64,000 bases of DNA from Candidatus Cloacimonadales bacterium (lineage in GTDB: Bacteria > Cloacimonadota > Cloacimonadia > Cloacimonadales > JAIOQZ01): contig OY771587.1 in NCBI GenBank assembly GCA_963674825.1, positions 768,001 through 832,000 on the forward strand, in the 5' to 3' direction. This document shows, piece by piece, positions 42,541 to 50,062 of this stretch. Below the pieces are notes generated by a model. That model did not search any database. It had not been told where the DNA came from and saw only the letters and a program-made list of their open reading frames with translations. The first letter of the stretch is position 1. Each line of letters begins with the position of its first letter. Both the position numbers and the translations under genes were made by a program.

Positions 42541-42821
42541 CAGCAAGAGTAAGGCTGAAGGCTTTTATCAGAGGGATATCCCTCATTATGTTCTTCATTA
42601 CCTTCTTCAATAACTACCTGTTCTTCTATGTACCACTCATCGATGCCCTCTTCCGCGGATTGATCACCTATGTCGTTACCGCTATCGTGCTTCACGTGAT
42701 TGTTATGGTGTGGCGTTTTGCCTTCAGCCCCACCGAATGGAAGCTGATCATCGACGGATCGCCCGAATCCGACAGAGTTGAGCAACCGATTTCCAAGGAT
42801 TCTTTAACAGAAAAAGCTTGA
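42537..42821 (+). CDS. Small two-TM protein coupled to flhG
   Basis: ATGA overlap with the flhG stop; two hydrophobic segments. Confidence 0.7.
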   Translation: MTARVRLKAFIRGISLIMFFITFFNNYLFFYVPLIDALFRGLITYVVTAIVLHVIVMVWRFAFSPTEWKLIIDGSPESDRVEQPISKDSLTEKA

Positions 42822-43078
42822 GCTAATCCATTCCACCAATTATAGATCCCCAAAAGCACGCTATCTGAAAATAATTCATTTTGATTGTTTTACAAGAAAT
42901 TTCTTCCGATTCGATTAAAAATGCTTTGACAAGGTATAGCCCTCAAACCAACTTTGGGATCACATAAAAAACAGGATGAGAATTTGCCTCGATTGTTTTT
43001 TATATTCGGTTAGTGTAGCATTATTTCCCGTCTAAAAATGGTTCTTTCTAAGGTTAGAATGTATTCACGGAGGAATTC

Positions 43079-45322
43079 ATGAAACGGATTTCATTCACAG
43101 CTCTCATTTTACTTCTTTTTGCCAGCCTATTCTGTTCAACAATTGAGGTTGGTGTTAACTGTACCATCAAAACAATCACAGAAGCCATCCAGGCAGCTGC
43201 TCCGGGTGATGTGATTCGTGTGCACGACGGGCTCTATCAGGAGACCCTTTCGATCGATAAAAAACTCACCATTGTAAGTGACTATTATTACGATCAAGAC
43301 GAATCTCACATTCAAAATACATCCATCAGCAGCCCATCAAGCGAACAGGCCGTGGTATGCGATTCGGATGAATCGGAAATCACGATCACCCTCGCCGGCC
43401 TCACCGTTGTCGGTGGCAATCGCGCGGTGAAACTCGACTCCAACGTCAAGGTCAACCTGCTTGCCTGCAATCTTTACGCTCAGGCGGAAAGCGATGTGGC
43501 AGTTGTTGTTGCTCAGCCGACGACAACACTCAAACTTCGTAACTCCGCACTCAATGCCTCCAATGGCAAGGGTGTCCAGGCTACTGGCGCGAATGTCGAA
43601 GTAACCAAATGCGAAATCGGCAGCAATGAAAGCGCCGGTATATCGTTCGATGGTGACAACGTTGCCACGCTCAGCGTTGCAAACTCCATCCTTTATAGCA
43701 ACCAGACCGGTATCGATATTCGCGATGCAATGGGTAATGTGACACTCAATCACGTGACCATCGCGGATAACCTCACCGGTATCCGTCTTCGCTCCAGCAA
43801 CCTGATCGTCACCAACTCGATCGTTTACGATAACGGCACACAACTCAGCAACATCAGCGGCTCATGTGCAGTTTCCTACAGCGATTTCGAAGGTGGCTTC
43901 GGCGGCGAAGGCAACATCGACCTCGATCCGCTCTTCGACCCAGGTAACAACGGCAGCTATGATCTCCGTTGGGACCAGTACGGCAAGAGCCCGTGTATCG
44001 ATTCCGGTGACTGGACTACTGCAGGCGACCAGGACGGCACACCGCCCGATATGGGCGCTTATACTGCGGTCAATCACCGTTTCGATATCTGGAGCTTCCC
44101 GAAAGCCGATGAAAACGGCGGATGGCGCTGGTTCTGTATACCCGCAGTTGACAATGTCCTAACCTATCCTGTCCAGAACACGGCGGACGCGCTGTTCGGT
44201 GGCATGATCGATATGGAAATCCTCGATCAGGTCAAGTGGAACGCATCAAACACGTTGCAATCCATCAGCCTGCTGGACGACGAATGGACGAACCTCGATC
44301 ACGTGGTCAACCCGGTTCAGGGTTACAAGATCCACATGAACGAGAACGCAACGCTCAACTATCACCTCGAAGTCCCGGGATTCAATCCTGACTTCAACAC
44401 TGTGATGCAGCTCAGCGCAACGACAGACAACTGGATTGGCTACTTCCTTCCGGAAACCCGTCTTGCTGTGGATCTCTTCGACAGCATCAAGGACGATGTC
44501 AACTATATCAAAGCACAGCGTTGGGCCCTCGAGCGCATCGACGGAGAATGGATTGGCGATACGGACGTGTCGCTTAACTACGGCGAAATGGTCGTCGTTT
44601 CCGTCCACCATACATGTAACTTCCAGTGGGATACCGATGCTCTGATCTCGGATCCGGATGCTTATCCGTTCCCCGAGCATTTCGATTTCACTGAAAAATC
44701 CGAATATGTTCCCTTCTTCATCGAATATTCACCAACATTCGAGAATGAAGAGATCGCGATCACCGTCGACGGAGTTGTCAAGGGTGCATCGGTTGTGTTC
44801 GGAAGTCTTACCCAAGTAAACGGCTATCTTGCCGATGACGATGAAGATGGATACCAAGGAGGTTCTCACATGGGAGAAGTTGATTTTATCATTTGGTGCC
44901 CGGTACGCGGAAACACCAGAAAAATAGACGATTACTATGTTTACAATGAATCGGTTCGCCGTGTTGTTCACAGCAAGATCGACCTCGCCGACAAGCGCGA
45001 TTTCTACTATGTCTCGTTCGACGAAGAATCAGTTATCGACGCACCGCCGGCAATGGCGCTGACCCATTATCCGAACCCCTTCAACCCCGAGACAACCATC
45101 AGCTACAGCCTCGATCATGAAGACGAAGTTGCTGTTGATATCTACAACGTGAAGGGCCAGAAGGTCCGCACGCTGGTTCGTGGTGTACAGGCTGAAGGTG
45201 CATATCAGGTGACCTGGCAGGGTGATGACAACACCGGACATCCAGTTGCTTCCGGTATCTACTTCTGCCGCCTCAAATCCGGCAGCCAGACTCTCGTTCG
45301 CAAGATGATGATGTTGAAATAG
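43079..45322 (+). CDS. Secreted right-handed beta-helix protein with C-terminal sorting domain
   Basis: Signal peptide; TITEAIQAA.PGD.I.V..G.YQE; GNID.DPLF...SPCIDSG...DMGAY; ends HYPNPFNPETTI...RKMMMLK. Confidence 0.85.
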   Translation: MKRISFTALILLLFASLFCSTIEVGVNCTIKTITEAIQAAAPGDVIRVHDGLYQETLSIDKKLTIVSDYYYDQDESHIQNTSISSPSSEQAVVCDSDESEITITLAGLTVVGGNRAVKLDSNVKVNLLACNLYAQAESDVAVVVAQPTTTLKLRNSALNASNGKGVQATGANVEVTKCEIGSNESAGISFDGDNVATLSVANSILYSNQTGIDIRDAMGNVTLNHVTIADNLTGIRLRSSNLIVTNSIVYDNGTQLSNISGSCAVSYSDFEGGFGGEGNIDLDPLFDPGNNGSYDLRWDQYGKSPCIDSGDWTTAGDQDGTPPDMGAYTAVNHRFDIWSFPKADENGGWRWFCIPAVDNVLTYPVQNTADALFGGMIDMEILDQVKWNASNTLQSISLLDDEWTNLDHVVNPVQGYKIHMNENATLNYHLEVPGFNPDFNTVMQLSATTDNWIGYFLPETRLAVDLFDSIKDDVNYIKAQRWALERIDGEWIGDTDVSLNYGEMVVVSVHHTCNFQWDTDALISDPDAYPFPEHFDFTEKSEYVPFFIEYSPTFENEEIAITVDGVVKGASVVFGSLTQVNGYLADDDEDGYQGGSHMGEVDFIIWCPVRGNTRKIDDYYVYNESVRRVVHSKIDLADKRDFYYVSFDEESVIDAPPAMALTHYPNPFNPETTISYSLDHEDEVAVDIYNVKGQKVRTLVRGVQAEGAYQVTWQGDDNTGHPVASGIYFCRLKSGSQTLVRKMMMLK

Positions 45323-45362
45323 TCGATTCGGCTTCAATATAATCAATCTACTGATAGACGAT

Positions 45363-45398
45363 AAACCCTTTTCCTCTATTCTGAGGAGAAGGGTTTTT
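45363..45398 (+). terminator. Rho-independent terminator
   Basis: AAACCCTTTTCCTC/GAGGAGAAGGGTTT hairpin plus T run. Confidence 0.75.
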
Positions 45399-45450
45399 AT
45401 ATGAGAAAATTCGTGGACAATATTGCGCAGGTATTTATGGTGGATTGTGC

Positions 45451-45526
45451 GCGCCTGTCGCTCAATGGATAGAGCATCTGACTTCGGATCAGAAGGTTCG
45501 GGGTTCGAGTCCCTGCAGGCGCGCCA
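45451..45526 (+). tRNA. tRNA-Arg (anticodon UCG)
   Basis: Acceptor stem GCGCCTG/CAGGCGC; D-arm GCTC-AATGGATA-GAGC; anticodon arm TCTGA-CT TCG GA-TCAGA; T-loop GTTCGAG; encoded CCA; 76 nt. Confidence 0.95.
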
Positions 45527-45548
45527 GTTTTTTTAACAGGATATTTCT

Positions 45549-47987
45549 CTACTTGACCAGCATCATTTTACGTGTCAGCGTACTGGATTTCGATTCAAGC
45601 CTGCTCAGATAAACCCCGGAGGCTACCGTCTTGCCAAAGTCGTTTCGACCATCCCAGATAACTTTATGCTCGCCAGCATGAAATAGCGGGAAGCTCTTCA
45701 CCTTCTGGCCTCTCAGGTTGTAGATTGTCAGTGTCGCCTCGTCGCTCTGCTTCACGCTGAAGCTGATCGTCGTCTCGGGATTGAAGGGATTGGGGTAGTT
45801 ACCATGTAGCGAAGTTATTGCATTGGTGGGTGGCACAATCAGCTCTTCATCGGCTGCGAGAAATATCTGCCAACTGAGATAGGGATAGCCGGCATTGATA
45901 CTGGAGTCGATACTCCATATATCATCTTCCCCGTTCCCGGTCTCGCCGGTAAAATCCCATCCTGCATCGAGATAGGTCATGACATCGAGCATCTGATCGG
46001 TTGCCAGGCCTGTACCACCAGAACTTTCGTCCTGTTCCGACGTCTCGATATCCCAGAAGCTGCCAGCAATCTCCGATTCGAACTGTTCGCCAATCAAGCC
46101 GCCCGTCTGCGCAGAACCAACGACTTGCCCACTGCTGTAGCTGTCCGTTACCAACGAAAGCATGATTGTCCCTATCAAGCCACCGACACGTTCCTCATTC
46201 GAAATCGTCCGGGAGCTTGAATAGCAGTTGGAAACCACCGTCGTATCGGAAACCGTGCCGATTAATCCGCCGACATCCGAGCCTATGGCCAATACTTCCC
46301 CGGTTGAATAGCATCCAGTCACCGAAGTATGGATTATACTCATTCCGATAAGGCCACCAATATTGGAATTACCGGATACGTAACTCGTCGAGCCGCAGTC
46401 TTCGATAACAGAATTCTGGCACACACCCGCAATACCGCCGAGTGCTCCCCCGTAATACATCCCCATAACGGTTCCGGAACTCGTACAATTCCGCAAACAA
46501 ACATTGTCCCAGCAAAAACCGACAATCCCTCCGGCGTCGCTCTCAGCGATTATAGTGCAGCATGCCGTACACTTGTATATTGTGCTGTTCAAGTCGCAAC
46601 ATCCGGCAATTCCGCCAGCCCTCGTTGGGGCCTCGAGCAGTCCAAATACGTTACTATCTTCGATCCATGCCTGATATGTGTAGCCTGTAAGTAATCCTGA
46701 AAATTCACCGCCCTGTATCGTTCCATCAACCATACACCCCAAGATGGCGGATGAATTTGATATGCTGCCTGCGAGTCCGCTCGTCATCTGGCCACCGGAT
46801 ACCGTGGCATTTGTAACATAGAGGTCGTATATACTCGCCTCGTTGACCGCTCCGAACAGCCCCACACAGGATCGAGAGCCATCCGTAAGAGAGAGGTTCG
46901 AGATCGTTCTTTCGTTTCCATAGAAATCGTTACCAAGATAGGGAACATAAACCTCGGGATAGCTTGCGAGATCGAGATCGCACGTCAAAGAGAAGGGATA
47001 CTCCGCAGTCTGCCCAAAAGCGCTGAGAAGTTTCAGATCATCCACAGACTGAATCAGATAACGATTATTGGATAACGTCAGGTAGTCGTCGACATCCAGA
47101 GACATCCCGTTTTCCATCCAGGTCGTGTAAAGCTCGTTCGGAAGGCCACCGATTGTCTGGATATGCTCTCCATTGAGCTCAACCTCATCGTAGTTATAGT
47201 AGCTATTTCGCAAGTCCGTTCCGTACATGGTCGAGACCAGCCCACCAATACTGTCATCTCCCTGGATGTTTCCCGTACTGAAGCAGTTTTCTATCTCCGT
47301 CCCCCATCGCGCATAGCTGATCAAACCTGCGTTGCACGATCCTCCCGAAACATTCCCACTGCTCGAGCAGTTCGAAATCAACGTCTCAGCGCATATACTC
47401 AGCAAGCCACCACCATTGCCAGATTCCATTACCATATCCACATCGCTTGTACAATCGATAAGCGTCGAAGAATTAGCGTTATAGATCAGACCGCCGGCCT
47501 GTACACTACAAGTTATTACACCCGATGCATGGCAGTTTACAACCATGGTGTTACCATTCACAAATCTGGCAAGAGATCCCACACTGTTACCGCCCGAGAT
47601 ATCTACGTTGTTTAAATGCACATTCGCGATGGATCCACAATAGATTATGTAGAACATCCCGACTCCAGCTCCCGGGTAATTCATGTACAGGTTTTCGATC
47701 TGATAATCGCAGCCGTCGTATTCGCCCATAAAGGGATTTGTTCTTGTTCCCATCGGGCAGAAGCCCGTACCGTCGTTCCAATTCGCGGTCTCGGCAGCGT
47801 CAATATCGTTGGTTTGTACGAAATGTGATGACCAGCACATGCTATTTGTGCTCATCCAGAGCAGGTTCTCGAGGGTTGCGACTTGATAAGGGTCGTTTTC
47901 TGTGCCAGTGCCGTCCGGCTCAACGCCATCAGCATGAAGATACATGCCTGCAATTAGAATCAGCGTGAAGATTAACAGAGTTCGCAC
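45549..47987 (-). CDS. Secreted GLUG-repeat beta-helix protein with C-terminal sorting domain
   Basis: GTG start at 47987 with AGGAGG; G.GTENDPYQVAT; many (V/I)GGL(I/V)G / CYS.G.V repeats; ends NYPNPFNPETTI...KMMLVK. Confidence 0.85.
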   Translation of the reverse strand: MRTLLIFTLILIAGMYLHADGVEPDGTGTENDPYQVATLENLLWMSTNSMCWSSHFVQTNDIDAAETANWNDGTGFCPMGTRTNPFMGEYDGCDYQIENLYMNYPGAGVGMFYIIYCGSIANVHLNNVDISGGNSVGSLARFVNGNTMVVNCHASGVITCSVQAGGLIYNANSSTLIDCTSDVDMVMESGNGGGLLSICAETLISNCSSSGNVSGGSCNAGLISYARWGTEIENCFSTGNIQGDDSIGGLVSTMYGTDLRNSYYNYDEVELNGEHIQTIGGLPNELYTTWMENGMSLDVDDYLTLSNNRYLIQSVDDLKLLSAFGQTAEYPFSLTCDLDLASYPEVYVPYLGNDFYGNERTISNLSLTDGSRSCVGLFGAVNEASIYDLYVTNATVSGGQMTSGLAGSISNSSAILGCMVDGTIQGGEFSGLLTGYTYQAWIEDSNVFGLLEAPTRAGGIAGCCDLNSTIYKCTACCTIIAESDAGGIVGFCWDNVCLRNCTSSGTVMGMYYGGALGGIAGVCQNSVIEDCGSTSYVSGNSNIGGLIGMSIIHTSVTGCYSTGEVLAIGSDVGGLIGTVSDTTVVSNCYSSSRTISNEERVGGLIGTIMLSLVTDSYSSGQVVGSAQTGGLIGEQFESEIAGSFWDIETSEQDESSGGTGLATDQMLDVMTYLDAGWDFTGETGNGEDDIWSIDSSINAGYPYLSWQIFLAADEELIVPPTNAITSLHGNYPNPFNPETTISFSVKQSDEATLTIYNLRGQKVKSFPLFHAGEHKVIWDGRNDFGKTVASGVYLSRLESKSSTLTRKMMLVK
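45558..45802. repeat. Near-identical direct repeat, copy 1 (sorting-domain coding segment)
   Basis: 245 bp matching 48118-48362 with about 6 synonymous differences, counted by eye. Confidence 0.9.
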
Positions 47988-48108
47988 AGAATCCTCCTGG
48001 AGTATATCGCATCCATCTTTAGAAGGCATGGATGTCCTCAAAAACCTGTCAAAGAGAAGTCAAGAGGGAAACCGGGATAAAGCACCGGCTTCCCATATGG
48101 TTAGAAGA

Positions 48109-49884
48109 TTACTTCATCAGCATCATTTTACGTGTCAGCGTACTGGATTTCGATTCAAGCCTGCTCAGATAAACACCGGAAGCTACTGTCTTGCCAAAGT
48201 CGTTTCGACCATCCCAAATAACTTTATGCTCGCCAGCATGAAATAGCGGGAAGCTCTTCACCTTCTGGCCTCTCAGGTTGTAGATTGTCAGTGTCGCCTC
48301 GTCGCTCTGCTTCACGCTGAAGCTGATTGTCGTCTCGGGGTTGAAGGGATTGGGGTAGTTACTGTGGAGCATGGTAGCGGATATAGAGGGAACATCCACC
48401 GGATCATCATTATCGACATAGCCCTGCCATGCAAGGAACGGAAAGCCGTTGTTTTCATTCGGATTGATTCCCCAGATATCGGCGGCACCGTTCTCTGTCT
48501 CCTCCATGAAATCCCAATCTGCATCAATGAATATTGTCTGGGTACCCATATCATCTGAAGTGATACCTTGTCCAGCAGCGCTGTAATCCAAGTCGCAGAG
48601 ATCCTGATTCCAGAAGCATGCTTCGATCTCGGAGAAGTTCACTGCGGCAAAACCGCCCGGATTCAATTCACCCGTTACCTGACCCGCTGCGTAGCAACGC
48701 TGAACAATCGCGTCTTCCATATTCCTGCCGATAAATCCACCAGGGCTCTCCGAACCATATACATCGGCCTGGCAGAAGCAATCGGATATGATCGCCTGAC
48801 CTTGATTCGATCCAGCGAATCCACCGGGATTTTCAGATCCAGAGATATCTCCCACGCAGTAACACTGCATGATGGAGGATTGATCTTGATTGCTGCCAGC
48901 AAAGCCGCCGATGCCAAATGATTCATCATCCGCTTGCATCTCTAAAGCTCCAGAGGCATAACATTCTGTAATCTGCGTATTCCCATAGATCGAGCCAATG
49001 AAGCCACCGATTCCGTTCAAATGGCTACCACCCACAGCATCGATGTTAACAGAAGAATTGCACTGCGTAAATATCGAACCCAGGGAAGAACCGCATAAGC
49101 CACCGATATCAGTGAGAATTGGACTCGAGCCCTCAATCGTCCCAGACGCTGAACATGATTCGACTGTGCAATATGCACTGTAACCGATCACGCCACCAGC
49201 ACTCCACGCAGTGTCGTTTTCGTTAATATCGGTCACGATAAGGTTGCCGTTGTATGAACAGTCGATGATCTCGATTTCATCTCCATTTCCGACGATGCCG
49301 CCTACGTAACAGTCGGCCTTGACGTTAGCCGTACTGCTGCAAGATTCGATTATCGAGCCAGCCCTCGCATAGCCAACAATTCCACCGGCTGTTGTGTACC
49401 AGATTGATTCTGAGGAACCAGATGTGTGACAGTTGAGCACACGGCAGTTTTCGGTAGCACCGATCAGACATCCAATGTTATCAACTCCAGAAACAACCGC
49501 GTCATCAAGCCTGATATTCGAAATGGAGTTGTTCCGGCATACACCAAACATACCAGTGCATTTAGCGGCGTTCGTCACATGGAGATTGCTGATGATATGA
49601 TTCTGACCATCATAGCAACCAATGAATCCTGAACCATACATGAGACCGATCGGGGGCATCCCATAGCCATCATTCCAGTTTTCGGTATCTGCCGCGTCAA
49701 TATCCGCGGTTTGAATATAATGTTTCGAGAGGGCTTCGGAGGTAGTACTCATCCAAAGCAAGTTATCGAGGGTTGCGACTTGATAGGGGTCAGTCTCAGT
49801 TCCAGCGCCATCCGGCTCAACGCCATCAGCGTGAAGGTAAAGGCCAGCAGTTAGAATCAGCGTGAAGATTAACAGTGTTCGCAT
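48109..49884 (-). CDS. Secreted GLUG-repeat beta-helix protein with C-terminal sorting domain (paralog)
   Basis: Same signal peptide and N-cap as the neighbour; GG(F/I)(A/V)G repeats; essentially identical C-terminal domain. Confidence 0.88.
   Translation of the reverse strand: MRTLLIFTLILTAGLYLHADGVEPDGAGTETDPYQVATLDNLLWMSTTSEALSKHYIQTADIDAADTENWNDGYGMPPIGLMYGSGFIGCYDGQNHIISNLHVTNAAKCTGMFGVCRNNSISNIRLDDAVVSGVDNIGCLIGATENCRVLNCHTSGSSESIWYTTAGGIVGYARAGSIIESCSSTANVKADCYVGGIVGNGDEIEIIDCSYNGNLIVTDINENDTAWSAGGVIGYSAYCTVESCSASGTIEGSSPILTDIGGLCGSSLGSIFTQCNSSVNIDAVGGSHLNGIGGFIGSIYGNTQITECYASGALEMQADDESFGIGGFAGSNQDQSSIMQCYCVGDISGSENPGGFAGSNQGQAIISDCFCQADVYGSESPGGFIGRNMEDAIVQRCYAAGQVTGELNPGGFAAVNFSEIEACFWNQDLCDLDYSAAGQGITSDDMGTQTIFIDADWDFMEETENGAADIWGINPNENNGFPFLAWQGYVDNDDPVDVPSISATMLHSNYPNPFNPETTISFSVKQSDEATLTIYNLRGQKVKSFPLFHAGEHKVIWDGRNDFGKTVASGVYLSRLESKSSTLTRKMMLMK
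48118..48362. repeat. Near-identical direct repeat, copy 2
   Basis: Matches 45558-45802 at an offset of 2560. Confidence 0.9.
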
Positions 49885-50003
49885 AGAATCCTCCTTAAGT
49901 ATTTCAGGTTCAGTTCACCGGAATATTTATCTTCAGTCAAAAGCAATCGACATATATTCATCAGGATAATAATCAAGATACCAGTTTTCCGTGCAAGAAG
50001 TGA

Positions 50004-50020
50004 TGCAATAACCGATCCAA
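50004..50020 (-). promoter_or_regulatory. Possible sigma54 promoter
   Basis: Minus strand TTGGATCGGTTATTGCA = GG-N10-GC, about 120 nt upstream of ATG 49884. Confidence 0.45.
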
Positions 50021-50062
50021 TTTATTAAGAAAACCCAGAAATCAGAATCAATAGCGGCACAA

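Noticed and set aside
45558..48362. Diversity-generating retroelement TR/VR pair
   Set aside because: Both copies are coding, mismatches are synonymous third-position changes rather than adenine-specific, and no reverse transcriptase is present.
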